A DNA stretch of 53,791 bases from IMG/VR virus record IMGVR_UViG_3300048041_000085, positions 1 through 53,791 of that record. One strand, 5' to 3'. Below the pieces are notes generated by a model, which had not been told where the DNA came from, ran no database searches, and worked only from the letters and a program-made list of their open reading frames with translations. The stretch's first letter is position 1. The number at the start of each line of letters is the position of its first letter. This stretch comes from a virus. Its lineage: Duplodnaviria > Caudoviricetes. Of this stretch, positions 37,036 through 47,580 are shown one piece after another. A program made the translations under genes and the position numbers.

Positions 37036-38670
37036 TTATCTCCCGATTACTTTTTTATAATAAGTCATGAGACCATGAGAGGCGGGTGGCAATTCATCAT
37101 GATTGGAGACCTTGTGACGTCTAATTTCTTTTGTAACTTTACGGAGTCTTTCCGCGCCTTTTTCAAAACAACCTTCACCTAGAGCACCAACCAATAAAGG
37201 CGGCGTCGTATCCTCACCGTTAGCGACAGCGACATTTACTTGACGAAGCTTCCCACCTGGTTGGCTCTTTATCTGTTCCATTAATTTATCTTTATGAAGG
37301 GGAAGGAGTTCTTTTTTGATGAATTTTTCAAACTCTCTAATATCTTTATGACCCTCTTTAGTCGTGCCATCGCCTAAGGCACTCACTGTATGCGCATCAT
37401 GAACCCACGTTTTTTCAGGAAGTTTATCTAGGATAAGATCTTCTTGACCTTTCCCCTTACCAATAAGAGGCACACCCTTTGTCGAATAATCTTTGACCAG
37501 ACCGCCTTTTTTATATCTCCTATGAGGATTATACCCCTTGGTTTCCCATTCCTTTGTAAATGAATCTAATGTTTGATAAGGATTCTTTGTTTTTGCACGA
37601 CCATAATGCTCATTATATGCAGGCTCTGCATATCCATAAAGTTGAGACGATAGACCTTGTGCATTATAAGCTTTTTGCGATTCTTCTAAGCTCTTTTTAT
37701 GAGATTCAGCATAAGCATCTTCTTTTTTCTCTCTTTGTTTATCTCCCTTATTCCCTAAGAGATAACCGGCGCCCATTAAACCGGCAGGCACTAGATAATT
37801 TCCCATGCCGGCCGTCATACTCATAGCAGCAGGTGCTGTGGTTGCTGCTGCCCCTGTGGTTGCAAGACCAGGCATTGCTGCTCCTGTGGTTCCATTAATG
37901 ATAGGAGCACCTACCGCAGCAGCTCCTTGACCAACTCCCATAGCACTCATCCCCGATCCTGCTGCTGCCCCATAAAAGGCATTTGGGATAGCGGCTTTCA
38001 GGGCATTATTAGAACCAAAGAAACTTTGCCCCGTAACACCGCGTCCCAATGCATTTCCTGCATAAGCTCCAGCTGCTGCTCCCATAGGACCACCGACAGC
38101 AAAACCGGCAACAGTACCAGCAACCGTTGCAACAACACGAACAGTAGATTTAACGATGTTTCCAATGCTGCTAAAAAACCCAAACTGCGGGAGATCAAAG
38201 GTTGGGTCATTGTGTCCCCCCCCTTGAAGCTTAGATAAAAAGTGAACAACATCAACCGGCATCATAACGATAAATTCATCATCAGGTGTTGTTGCTGCTT
38301 CCTCCATTTTATCGACAGCAGGCTCATCATCTGAAGGAATCGGGATAAAAAGATCTTGGGGCAAAGGTGTTTCCATCTGCTTCGCAATATCTTCTGTTAA
38401 TCCTTCTCCCGTTTTCGCTGATTGTGCTAATTGAATAAACGCCTCTTTAATATGTGTAAGACGTAATAGATGACTTAAGCGTGAGTATTCTCTCAGACCA
38501 GTTTTTGGATCAACATATTGTCCATTGGGGTTTTCTTGATCAGCCTGCAAAATATTAAAGCCGATCACTTCATCTTTTGACAAATGAACCGGGACTAATT
38601 CAGGTGATTTAGACGCATGATGTTGCTTATTCATGCTCTGGACTTGATGCTTACGATCTTTTTCAGCCAT
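37036..38670 (-). CDS. Internal virion / pilot protein
   Basis: Two NP.TG-type modules, Gly/Ala-rich hydrophobic core, YKKGGLV, G.G..D.I domain. Confidence 0.6.
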   Translation of the reverse strand: MAEKDRKHQVQSMNKQHHASKSPELVPVHLSKDEVIGFNILQADQENPNGQYVDPKTGLREYSRLSHLLRLTHIKEAFIQLAQSAKTGEGLTEDIAKQMETPLPQDLFIPIPSDDEPAVDKMEEAATTPDDEFIVMMPVDVVHFLSKLQGGGHNDPTFDLPQFGFFSSIGNIVKSTVRVVATVAGTVAGFAVGGPMGAAAGAYAGNALGRGVTGQSFFGSNNALKAAIPNAFYGAAAGSGMSAMGVGQGAAAVGAPIINGTTGAAMPGLATTGAAATTAPAAMSMTAGMGNYLVPAGLMGAGYLLGNKGDKQREKKEDAYAESHKKSLEESQKAYNAQGLSSQLYGYAEPAYNEHYGRAKTKNPYQTLDSFTKEWETKGYNPHRRYKKGGLVKDYSTKGVPLIGKGKGQEDLILDKLPEKTWVHDAHTVSALGDGTTKEGHKDIREFEKFIKKELLPLHKDKLMEQIKSQPGGKLRQVNVAVANGEDTTPPLLVGALGEGCFEKGAERLRKVTKEIRRHKVSNHDELPPASHGLMTYYKKVIGR

Positions 38671-38693
38671 AAAAAATACTCACGTTTTCATTA

Positions 38694-39986
38694 TTAACGA
38701 TAATTACCGCCGCCTTGATATTGTTGAGGCTGATACTGGTTTTGGTATTGACTGTTACCACCGCCATATCCGCCGCCCTGGCCTTGAGCACCAAATTGCT
38801 GTTGACGTTGTTGCAACATTTGCATTTGTCGTTGATTATTTTGCATCTGGTTTTGATCATATTGATTGGCTTGATTTTGACCATATTGATTGGCTTGGTT
38901 CATCGCATTTTGACCATATTGAGTACCTTGATTCATTTGGTTTTGACCGTACTGCGTCCCTTGATGAAGTCCTTGGGATGCACGATTTGCCAAATTAGAG
39001 ATCATATCTTGACCCATTCGGTTCATATTAGACATCGCATTTTGCCCATATTGGTTCGCTTGTCCAATACCTTGTTGACCTTGTTGATTCATTTGATTCA
39101 TTTGGTTTTGTGCTTGCCCCGGTTGATAATTACCTTGTGGTTGTCCGCCGCCACCCATCATACTCCCAAGACCTCCCATGCCTGCGCCTAATAAAGCACC
39201 TTCAGGGCCACCTTCCATTAATCCTGTAAGGCCTCCTTGAATCATGCCTGGGGCAGCTGTTCCTATCGCATGCATAGCTTGATTGCCCATATTTCCAAGG
39301 AATTTACCAGCTGAGCCAATACCATTTTTAATACCGCTAAAGATACTACCTAAGCCAAAATATTCTGGATGGCCAGTATGAGGATTCTTATTTTCGCGGT
39401 GATCACCGCTTAAATCCTTAACAGTTTTATCAAAGATTCTACGTGTATTCCCGCCAATATAAGCCATCTCACTATCACCGAAACGACCTTTTCTCTTCAA
39501 TTCATCAATATGGCGTTTAGATTCACCTATTTGACCACCGGATGCGTGCTTCTCAAATACTTTTCTAAAAGCTTCTTCACCGCCTGGAGTTGAAAGCATA
39601 ATCTCAATTTTTTTATAATGAGGTGTCTTTGTGCCAGGAACAGTTGTACGTCCACCTTGTTGATCATCAAGTACTTCAAGTTCCTTAGGATTGAAATGCG
39701 CAAGGTGAAGTTCCATAGGCTTCTTGCGTTTTTTCTCATGCCGTTCTTCTTCGCGATCATCTTCATCTTTCGGTTCATATGTTAAAGAAAAATCCCTAAA
39801 TATTTGATGATTTTGAGAATGATTTTTCTCATGCTGTGGGGCTTCAGTATTAAAATATCTCATGGGTGGTTGCTCCTGTTGTGGTGGTTCTTCTGGTTTT
39901 TTGTATTGTGACCTAGGCATTACTCCTAATCTTTTCTGAATCTCAGGATCGTGGAGAGCCCCTATCACATTTCCCATAAAGCCCAT
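38694..39986 (-). CDS. Internal virion protein with Q/N/G-rich tail
   Basis: GRFGDSEMAYI..NPHTGHPEYFGL; QYGQN repeats. Confidence 0.6.
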   Translation of the reverse strand: MGFMGNVIGALHDPEIQKRLGVMPRSQYKKPEEPPQQEQPPMRYFNTEAPQHEKNHSQNHQIFRDFSLTYEPKDEDDREEERHEKKRKKPMELHLAHFNPKELEVLDDQQGGRTTVPGTKTPHYKKIEIMLSTPGGEEAFRKVFEKHASGGQIGESKRHIDELKRKGRFGDSEMAYIGGNTRRIFDKTVKDLSGDHRENKNPHTGHPEYFGLGSIFSGIKNGIGSAGKFLGNMGNQAMHAIGTAAPGMIQGGLTGLMEGGPEGALLGAGMGGLGSMMGGGGQPQGNYQPGQAQNQMNQMNQQGQQGIGQANQYGQNAMSNMNRMGQDMISNLANRASQGLHQGTQYGQNQMNQGTQYGQNAMNQANQYGQNQANQYDQNQMQNNQRQMQMLQQRQQQFGAQGQGGGYGGGNSQYQNQYQPQQYQGGGNYR

Positions 39987-39998
39987 AATAAACCTCCT

Positions 39999-40259
39999 TT
40001 AGTTAGTAAAATTAATTGATTGAAGATCCTGGATACATAAATTGGCCCAGTCTCTCCAACTTTCCTCGACAGGAAATTTACCCTTATTACTTAAAGGTAA
40101 ATTGTAAAGTCGATTAACTGAAACAAAATTATTGGCCCATTGCCACCAATTACCAACCTCTTTCATGGGAAGAGGAATAATAAGTTGAGGCAAGCTACGG
40201 GTAAGGTCCGTTGCCCATTTTTCAAATGTCACATAAGAAGAAGGATTCATAATTATCAT
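39999..40259 (-). CDS. Small tail-associated protein
   Basis: Trp-rich (W.W..W) ORF coupled to nozzle gene. Confidence 0.55.
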   Translation of the reverse strand: MIIMNPSSYVTFEKWATDLTRSLPQLIIPLPMKEVGNWWQWANNFVSVNRLYNLPLSNKGKFPVEESWRDWANLCIQDLQSINFTN

Positions 40260-41824
40260 GTTGTCGGACCCGGACGTTGATCATCGGTTGATTTCATGTA
40301 AAGCATGGTTTTACCCATTACAAAATTACCACCGATTACGTTAGAAACAAATGTAATTGTAAATATAGAACCCTTTATTCTAACATTTAAGAACTGGTCA
40401 GTTTGAGTAAAGGGGAAATTATCAGTCTGTCTTGTTAATGAATTTGGATAACCTTGATAATTGACGTAGAAATACATATCACCGGTTTGTTTGACATCTA
40501 AAACAACCGTGTCTAAATCAAGAACTTGGGCTTGTGGATTTTGTTCCCACATATTTATCATCTTACTCGTAATGTAAGCAACAATCGGGGTAAAAGTATT
40601 GAATTGAACTAAATCAGTACCGATTTCATGCAAATAAAGCGGATATAAAGAATTTCCCCCATTTTTAACCGGAGCGGAAGAAGTTAGAACGGGATAAGGC
40701 ACCACAGATCCAGAAGGTAGACCTGAGCTTCTATTGATCTGATTTGTATCATACCAATTTCCTGTTTGAATATTATAAACAACCGCCCAATTCGGTTCTG
40801 TCGCTTCTCCGTAACAAAAACAAAACCAAACTTCATTCCATTTTGTAATCGCGAAGGCAAATGTTTTACCTCTCTCATTCGGATTAATGTTTTCAAAGAA
40901 CCAATCCTTATTAACTTCATTAGGAAGTTCTTGCACAGAACCATTATACATCCAGAATGAATCGGTACCCACCCAGTAAAAATAAGGATCAAAAGAGACA
41001 ACACATTTTGAGGAAAGAAGTGTTGATCGGGTTGATACATAAGACATTAAAAATGCCGTATCTGTATTATCACCGGCAACATAATTCGGATTAATATAAA
41101 TTGTTGCTACAGAATTAAGGGACCATAAAAGAGCGGCTCCAGTTTGACCCGATCTTACAGTTGCCCCATAAACAAATTTTGATGTACCTAGTTGTGCGAC
41201 ATTATCTGTCGGCCACTCATTAATCTCCGCTCCATTATTCCATTTTGCAAAACCATTGCTGCCATAAACAACAATAAAGGAACCGAGACAAAGGACGCCG
41301 CCTGCGGTTGTAATTGTTACGCTTGTTGATGTATCAATAATCGGTTGAAAGGCTGCTGCATCTCCCAAAACCCCATAATATAGAGGTGTTTCGTTTAAAT
41401 CACCAATATCTAGTAAATCAGAAGAAACGTTTGTAATCACATAAGTAACGGGTCCAGGTGCCATAGAAGGCACATAAGCAATAGAGTCGAATGTCCAGTT
41501 GTTATTGGCATTAGAAGTAAAGCCTATATTAGGCGTACAATCAGATTCGGGTGAGCTGGTTAAGTTCGAAAAAAGCTGTAAAAAAGTGAGCGTTGATTGC
41601 CTACCTAGATAATAATAACTAAAGCCATCGGCATCATAGCTATACATCGCCCTGACAATTTCACCATTCCCATTAGCAATAAGTTGTACTCCACCTATCT
41701 TTTGAGGCCTACCTCTATAAAATCGCGTCCATGAGCCATCCGTATGTAAAGTTGTATCAAAAACAGTCCCATCGCGCTGAATGCCAACATCACTTCTAAG
41801 AGGTAAGTAGAAATTAGAAGCCAT
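40256..41824 (-). CDS. Tail nozzle / tubular protein B (P22 gp10-like)
   Basis: GIQRDGT..RFYRGRPQKIGG, YWVG.D.FWMYNGSV..LP, NEVWF, YN.....W; beta-propeller-like. Confidence 0.75.
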   Translation of the reverse strand: MASNFYLPLRSDVGIQRDGTVFDTTLHTDGSWTRFYRGRPQKIGGVQLIANGNGEIVRAMYSYDADGFSYYYLGRQSTLTFLQLFSNLTSSPESDCTPNIGFTSNANNNWTFDSIAYVPSMAPGPVTYVITNVSSDLLDIGDLNETPLYYGVLGDAAAFQPIIDTSTSVTITTAGGVLCLGSFIVVYGSNGFAKWNNGAEINEWPTDNVAQLGTSKFVYGATVRSGQTGAALLWSLNSVATIYINPNYVAGDNTDTAFLMSYVSTRSTLLSSKCVVSFDPYFYWVGTDSFWMYNGSVQELPNEVNKDWFFENINPNERGKTFAFAITKWNEVWFCFCYGEATEPNWAVVYNIQTGNWYDTNQINRSSGLPSGSVVPYPVLTSSAPVKNGGNSLYPLYLHEIGTDLVQFNTFTPIVAYITSKMINMWEQNPQAQVLDLDTVVLDVKQTGDMYFYVNYQGYPNSLTRQTDNFPFTQTDQFLNVRIKGSIFTITFVSNVIGGNFVMGKTMLYMKSTDDQRPGPTT

Positions 41825-43358
41825 ATGCCCTCATAACAGAATAAATATTTATTCCTGCTTGCTGATATGAGTAAGTTGGCGTGTTAACCTCAACATTTAA
41901 AGTAATTAATGATGATGAAATCGACGTCACAACAGTACCACCAACATAAGTATCAATCGTTGATGTGCTTGTTGTGTATTGTATGCCTGATGTGAGATGA
42001 CCGTTAAAAGTATAACTAATAGTATTTGTAGGTACGATAATAGGCGAAAAATAGAGTGATCCAGCCGCTTTAAAAGCAACAACTTCTGTGCCGTTGTTTG
42101 TAACCCCCAAACATGAATTCGTGGTATCTAGATAAAGACCTGTATTCGTATCATTGGTAAATGTTAGCGAAGGCGCTCCCGCAGTTCCATTCGGCAAATA
42201 GATAATTTCATTGATAATGATATTTGGAGAAAGATAAAGATGTGTACCATCAGTAAAGGTCGTTATCGCTGCTCCCGGTAAAACCGTGTAGATATAAGTA
42301 GGGTTCGTTTCATTTAGAATCGAGACGGACAAAGAGTTTGTCGTAGATAAATTATTAATGAAATATTGCTGGACAAGGGATGCCGGAAAAGTAACGTCAA
42401 CATTGGGATAAGGCGAAGAGCCGTAAGTTCCTTGAAACGTTTGAATCTGATTGGCTGCATCAGATGTCGAAACCGTAACTGTTCCCCCAGACGTTGCTAA
42501 ACTATAGGATATGTTTTGAATGGCATATTGTGCATTCGAACTATAAGCAAAGGTAAACCAATTTCCATCTCCATCCGAGATAAAGAATGTAGATTCACCA
42601 GATTGAAGCTGAATGACAGAAGGTAGAGAAGTATTTGAATCAGCCTCATCATTTAAAAGATCGGGAGCGGTTGTATAGACACTCACGACGCCGCCTGTGG
42701 TTGAACGATTCTGTAAACCTGTTATAAATCCATTACCAACCGTTGTGCTTAGATCGAAAATATAATTTCCAGAGCCAGCTGTCCAGGTAACAATCGTGCC
42801 TCTATCACTTGGATTTCCGATATAATCTGTTCCGGAATAAGTATAAACTTTTGTGTTGAGTTTAAGGTAGGCACCAAAAGCCCCCAGACCACCAGAATTA
42901 GATTCTGGAGGTGAACTACTATTAGAAGTTGGGTCAATTAAATCTGAAGCAATGACAGAAGAAGAACCGGCACCAAGAGTTAGAAAAACATTCCAGTTAC
43001 CCCCTGAAGTCGTATTATCCGTATTGCCGGCAAAATATGCTAGACCTGGGTCACAAATTCCAATTGTTACACCCTCAAAATTTAAGAGTGTGACCGCTTC
43101 AACGCCCTGATTATAAATAATTGTCGATTGAATCGTTGAGGAATACAAAGCATTTGGCATCGTAATAGTATACGTATTTGTCCCTGTACCATTTACCTGT
43201 ATGAATTGAGTAAATGGATAGAGCGTTGACGGATTTTGAAAGACCCATTCTAGCTGTACGTTTTCATTGCCACCATTAAAGGTAAGATTTAAATAGCTAA
43301 CATCTGTCGGCTGAATCGGTGAATTTGTGAATATATTAACAAAACTATTAAACGACAT
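41814..43358 (-). CDS. Tail fibre/spike protein
   Basis: beta-rich; GTAGAPSLTF..DTNTGLY fibre motif. Confidence 0.65.
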   Translation of the reverse strand: MSFNSFVNIFTNSPIQPTDVSYLNLTFNGGNENVQLEWVFQNPSTLYPFTQFIQVNGTGTNTYTITMPNALYSSTIQSTIIYNQGVEAVTLLNFEGVTIGICDPGLAYFAGNTDNTTSGGNWNVFLTLGAGSSSVIASDLIDPTSNSSSPPESNSGGLGAFGAYLKLNTKVYTYSGTDYIGNPSDRGTIVTWTAGSGNYIFDLSTTVGNGFITGLQNRSTTGGVVSVYTTAPDLLNDEADSNTSLPSVIQLQSGESTFFISDGDGNWFTFAYSSNAQYAIQNISYSLATSGGTVTVSTSDAANQIQTFQGTYGSSPYPNVDVTFPASLVQQYFINNLSTTNSLSVSILNETNPTYIYTVLPGAAITTFTDGTHLYLSPNIIINEIIYLPNGTAGAPSLTFTNDTNTGLYLDTTNSCLGVTNNGTEVVAFKAAGSLYFSPIIVPTNTISYTFNGHLTSGIQYTTSTSTIDTYVGGTVVTSISSSLITLNVEVNTPTYSYQQAGINIYSVMRAYGF

Positions 43359-43361
43359 TTA

Positions 43362-44012
43362 TTAATCCTTTTGAGCGTTAGCGGTGCGATCCATTTTGCG
43401 CCCCGAATTGTAGTTTTGATAAGCTTGTACGCGTTTTTGATAAAGGCCATCGTATTTTTGAGACAGAGCATCATTCTCAAGAAATGCGTAAGCAAAGCTC
43501 ATTGTTCCTAAAAACAAGAGATCATACATTTGTTGAGTGAGAAAATTTGTCTGAGTTGAATTATTCAATTGTGGGCTATTTGTATCAAAAGCTAATAAAA
43601 AGGTGTTAGAAACGGTTGGTGTAGGAGATACAATTAAGTAGTCCAACCCATAGTTAGAATAATAACGCGGCAAGACATTATTCGGAGATACTCCCCCTAC
43701 AGTCGGATTAAAGTTTTGGATAAATTCAAGGGGTGCATATTGAAGGACGACAATTTCATTTGACATCGGATCAACATACGAGAACGTTAAGTTTGATCCC
43801 CATAGAGAGGGTACGGAAACAATATTATTATCTGGTGTAAAGTTTCCCGTTACATAGAATTGACTAACCATTGTCGGACAATCTATAAAGATCTCTTGTT
43901 GAGCAAGATTAATAAAATTAGGGATTTCATTAATAAAATCCGTGTCATTTCTGCGTGTCCAGATAGGGATTTCTGCAAGAAGACCGTTAAATGTGGTTAA
44001 TGTATTTACCAT
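43362..44012 (-). CDS. Head-tail adaptor (tubular protein A)
   Basis: IP.FI.LAQ, PRYY, PTP, TNFLT....DLL..G motifs. Confidence 0.75.
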   Translation of the reverse strand: MVNTLTTFNGLLAEIPIWTRRNDTDFINEIPNFINLAQQEIFIDCPTMVSQFYVTGNFTPDNNIVSVPSLWGSNLTFSYVDPMSNEIVVLQYAPLEFIQNFNPTVGGVSPNNVLPRYYSNYGLDYLIVSPTPTVSNTFLLAFDTNSPQLNNSTQTNFLTQQMYDLLFLGTMSFAYAFLENDALSQKYDGLYQKRVQAYQNYNSGRKMDRTANAQKD

Positions 44013-44013
44013 G

Positions 44014-44718
44014 CTACGGTTGCATATTCGTTGTTACGGAAAAATAATAATTCAATCCCGCATTGCCATTTAATCCGAAACTGTTACTCCCTGTATTCTG
44101 AATATAAATAGATGCATTAAACGGACTATCTGTAAAAGCAGCTAAGGAATCAGAAGTAGTAATAGGTGTGTTTGCATAAGTATAAGTAAAGGCAAGAGCA
44201 CCCGATGTTAAATTCATAACATTTGAAGATTGAACAATCGGCGTAAATCCTGTGGATTGAGCAACAACAGAATTATTCCCTGAAACGCTGGTCCCTGCAA
44301 CAACACTAAAGTTATTATTAAGAATGTTACCGTTTGGAAATTGAAGAACACTGTAATAAACAATAAAGTTTCCGGCTGCTGCTGCATTTATTCTCAAAGC
44401 AAGATAAGGGTTATTAACCACATATTGGAACCCGTCATTAACGATCGGTATAGCTGTATTAGCCGCAACTAAGGAAGAAGGTGCACATCTTATGGGAATA
44501 GCCGGTCCTGCATTCGTGGTACTTGAAGCAAGGACATAGTTAAAGAGGGGAACCCCGCCGCCAATAGATTGTGTCGAAATAATCGTTAAATATTTCAAGA
44601 TAGATATAGTTCCCGCACTAACAGGCGTTCCACCACCAATGGGAAAATAGAGATATCCCGAGTCACCAACCCCAGGAGCCGTTAAAGTCTGAACATAAGA
44701 ATATTCAATAGAAGCCAT
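44014..44718 (-). CDS. Structural beta-rich protein
   Basis: Ser/Thr/Asn-rich, in tail operon. Confidence 0.55.
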   Translation of the reverse strand: MASIEYSYVQTLTAPGVGDSGYLYFPIGGGTPVSAGTISILKYLTIISTQSIGGGVPLFNYVLASSTTNAGPAIPIRCAPSSLVAANTAIPIVNDGFQYVVNNPYLALRINAAAAGNFIVYYSVLQFPNGNILNNNFSVVAGTSVSGNNSVVAQSTGFTPIVQSSNVMNLTSGALAFTYTYANTPITTSDSLAAFTDSPFNASIYIQNTGSNSFGLNGNAGLNYYFSVTTNMQP

Positions 44719-44727
44719 GTCTTATCC

Positions 44728-45759
44728 TTACAGAGTTAGCATTTGATTATAAGATGTTATAAAATCAATATCAGCTGGGAATTGAGCACCGTAAATATCT
44801 TGAATCTGAAGTTTAGGCATCGTTATAATACCGGTCACATTGTCTCTGGTTTGGACGATTTGAGGTGCAGAACCATAAACACTGTTTTTTGTATAATTGG
44901 AAACTATTTTAGAATTAACGAGTAGACTTGCTTGATACGTTGCATAAGCATTTAGCTGAGTATTTAGTTTCGTATCATTTCCATAAACATAATAGCTAAC
45001 CTGGAGCTGTGTTGTCCCGTTTGGCAGGGTACCTTGAGCTGCAAGGTAAACAGTTCCACGCGCATCATTATAAGAAGGAGATGCCGTACTATCATTGAAC
45101 ACAAGACCATTTTGTCTCCAAATATTAGCCCGATCGATAACGCTACTTATTGCAACAGGTGCACCATCCCAATTAATGACAGAAATCGAGTTATTATTAT
45201 TAACCATATAAGGCAAACCGAATATGTTTGAACCCGTCACGGTACAGGTGTTTGAATCTGATATTACAGACCAAGGATAGGCTGAAAAATAAATAGACTG
45301 AAGTATTTTAAATGATTTCACTAACACATTATTTGTTGTCCCATTACTAACAACATTTTCTGTCACAGCATTAAATTGATCATCCCAACCGTTTATCGTA
45401 ATAGTACCAGGATTAGTAAAATTTGTTGCCGAAAATGTAAGGCTAACAGTTCTAGGTGTATCAAATACACAGACGGGTAACCCTTGATAATTAGTAGTTT
45501 GACTACCGTTAAATAAGATGCACCACTGAGTTTGATTTACAAGAGCATAACCCGTAGGATTATTAGCAGTTGTTATCCATGTCGGTTGATTCGCTTCTTG
45601 AGTAACATTATGAATGTTCGACACTAAATTGGTGCTATTCGCAGTACTTTCCGGATAGATTATATAGGTATAGGGAGATACAGAATCTATATATTGATCT
45701 TGAATAGACCCCGTCGCAAAACCGCTATTTAAATTACTGAAATTATTATATGCCGACAT
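44728..45759 (-). CDS. Decoration-like structural protein, paralog of 52432..53316 and junction gene
   Basis: FDTPR, GWDD....E, KSFK.LQS, GLPY, NIWR, DARG, YYVYG.D shared motifs. Confidence 0.65.
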   Translation of the reverse strand: MSAYNNFSNLNSGFATGSIQDQYIDSVSPYTYIIYPESTANSTNLVSNIHNVTQEANQPTWITTANNPTGYALVNQTQWCILFNGSQTTNYQGLPVCVFDTPRTVSLTFSATNFTNPGTITINGWDDQFNAVTENVVSNGTTNNVLVKSFKILQSIYFSAYPWSVISDSNTCTVTGSNIFGLPYMVNNNNSISVINWDGAPVAISSVIDRANIWRQNGLVFNDSTASPSYNDARGTVYLAAQGTLPNGTTQLQVSYYVYGNDTKLNTQLNAYATYQASLLVNSKIVSNYTKNSVYGSAPQIVQTRDNVTGIITMPKLQIQDIYGAQFPADIDFITSYNQMLTL

Positions 45760-45820
45760 GGATTTTTCCTTTTTAATAATCTTCTACAATTATGTAGACC
45801 GTGAATGTAGCTGCCATAAC

Positions 45821-46159
45821 TTAAAATCCCTCAAAAGTAAAAAATCCGGTACTACCTGAAGATGATAAATTAGCCTGAGTTGTTGTTATGGAGACTACAT
45901 CAGATTGTAAACCATCAGAATTTGTCATATACGTAGGAGGATATGTAAAAGGAACAGGAAAAGTAATAACACTTGTGCCATTAAGTGCATTTGCATAGGC
46001 TACAATTTTTTTATATGTAGGACCTTGAAAAGGTTGATTAAAAATAATTGTCCCAGATACACTCCCATTAACCGTGCTATTTACAAGATTTGTAGAAATC
46101 CCTGTACTTATTTGGAGAACAGAAGTAAATGTTTGAGTATTTTTAATACTAGCCATCAT
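45821..46159 (-). CDS. Free-standing copy of fibre C-terminal tip domain
   Basis: Start MMASIK at 46159; VNGSVSGT..QPFQG.TYKKIVAY..TFPVPFT parallels end of 46159..47562. Confidence 0.7.
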   Translation of the reverse strand: MMASIKNTQTFTSVLQISTGISTNLVNSTVNGSVSGTIIFNQPFQGPTYKKIVAYANALNGTSVITFPVPFTYPPTYMTNSDGLQSDVVSITTTQANLSSSGSTGFFTFEGF

Positions 46160-47562
46160 TAATACCCTTCTACGATTATATAACCTGTAGATGTTGCTCC
46201 AGTTATAGTCATCGCAGATGTACTTAATGATGTGACAATAGTTGTAGCTAAACCGTTCGTAGAAACAACTACTGGAGTATTTGTAAAGGCAACGGGGAAC
46301 GTATAGGACGCTGTCCCGACAGCTGCTGCACAATAAGCAATTACTTTCTTATAAGTGGCTCCTTGGAAAGATTGGCTATAAGCAACAGTACCGCTTGTTG
46401 ATGCATTCACTGTAGTTGTTGCCGCAAGTATACATGTAGGTCCTTGGGAAATCTGATCGCTTGTAATCGTCAATGATGAACCATAGGTAGATGTATGGCC
46501 ACCACCTTGGAATGTCACAGGACCTAATTCTAAAGCTCCTGAACCTGATACGGTATTTGCAGCAGATGTACCAAATTGGCAAAAATAGAGATAACCATTT
46601 CCTCCTGATGAAATACTGATACTATTACTGCCACCGGGCAATGAGCAATTGCTCAAGTATACACTTCCACCTGATGAAATTGTTACAGTACCGCTACCAA
46701 TCTGACTATCATAAAAGTAAGCACTTCCATACGTAGAGTTGACGGATCCATAAATATATGTGTTGTATATAGAAATTTCAACATCACCAAGACTAAGAGC
46801 TACGATAGAACTATTATTTGCGCTTATGGAACAATCTTTAAAAACTGTAAAACCATATCCAGCTGAACCATTATAAGTATTTCCGAGATAAGACCCGCCT
46901 GTTGATAAATTGGCTAATTTACAATTGATAAAATTACAGAAAAAATAACTATTAGGAAATGTGCCGGGGACACTATGATTTGTAAATGCTGTTGTTGAGT
47001 TATTAGATATAAATTGGATGTTTTGAAAACTAGTATATGTATATGATGTACCTGTTGCTGTAATTTGAGCATTTCCGACAATAGTGACAGCTGGAATCCC
47101 TTGAGTAGGAGGTTCTGAATATGCAATAAATGCTGTTGTGGCACCTAAAAGACTGATCCCTTCTGTCGTCAATGTGATGTTTTCAGTATAAGTGCCTTCT
47201 GTAATGAAAATCGTAATAGGATTTCCTGCCCCATAACCAGCCGTTTGAGCCGCTGTAATAGCAGACTGAATAGTTGTATATGTCCTACCTGCACCAACTA
47301 CATATTTATAGGCACTCTCATTTAGAATACCGCTATCAACATACGTTTTTGTCGTTAATTGTGTTGAGGTTGTCGGCGTCAAGCTTGATGTCGGAAGATT
47401 TGTGTTAAACGTATTTGTTCCTGTAAAGGCATTCGCCCCTGATATAGCTGCAGCTGTACCGACAACTGAAGCAACAGGTATTGTTGCAGATGTAATGTTA
47501 GCCCCAGAAAGAACAGGAGCAGTATCAAATGTAAGACCGTTAATTAATTGTGAATTTGACAT
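46159..47562 (-). CDS. Tail fibre/spike with beta-helix-like domain
   Basis: FTGTNTF repeat, YTTIQSAI..A, EGTYTENITL pectate-lyase-like start, TFPVAF tip. Confidence 0.75.
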   Translation of the reverse strand: MSNSQLINGLTFDTAPVLSGANITSATIPVASVVGTAAAISGANAFTGTNTFNTNLPTSSLTPTTSTQLTTKTYVDSGILNESAYKYVVGAGRTYTTIQSAITAAQTAGYGAGNPITIFITEGTYTENITLTTEGISLLGATTAFIAYSEPPTQGIPAVTIVGNAQITATGTSYTYTSFQNIQFISNNSTTAFTNHSVPGTFPNSYFFCNFINCKLANLSTGGSYLGNTYNGSAGYGFTVFKDCSISANNSSIVALSLGDVEISIYNTYIYGSVNSTYGSAYFYDSQIGSGTVTISSGGSVYLSNCSLPGGSNSISISSGGNGYLYFCQFGTSAANTVSGSGALELGPVTFQGGGHTSTYGSSLTITSDQISQGPTCILAATTTVNASTSGTVAYSQSFQGATYKKVIAYCAAAVGTASYTFPVAFTNTPVVVSTNGLATTIVTSLSTSAMTITGATSTGYIIVEGY

Positions 47563-47580
47563 TTTATATGTTCCTATCCG

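Noticed and set aside
38715-39191. Leu/Ile-rich plus-strand ORF resembling a membrane protein (also 3688..4008, 1798..2196, 48317..48793 and similar)
   Set aside because: Antisense shadows of low-complexity or codon-biased minus-strand genes
46160-46333. N-terminal extension of ORF 45821..46333
   Set aside because: Overlaps the fibre gene out of frame; protein-like sequence begins at MMASIK (46159)
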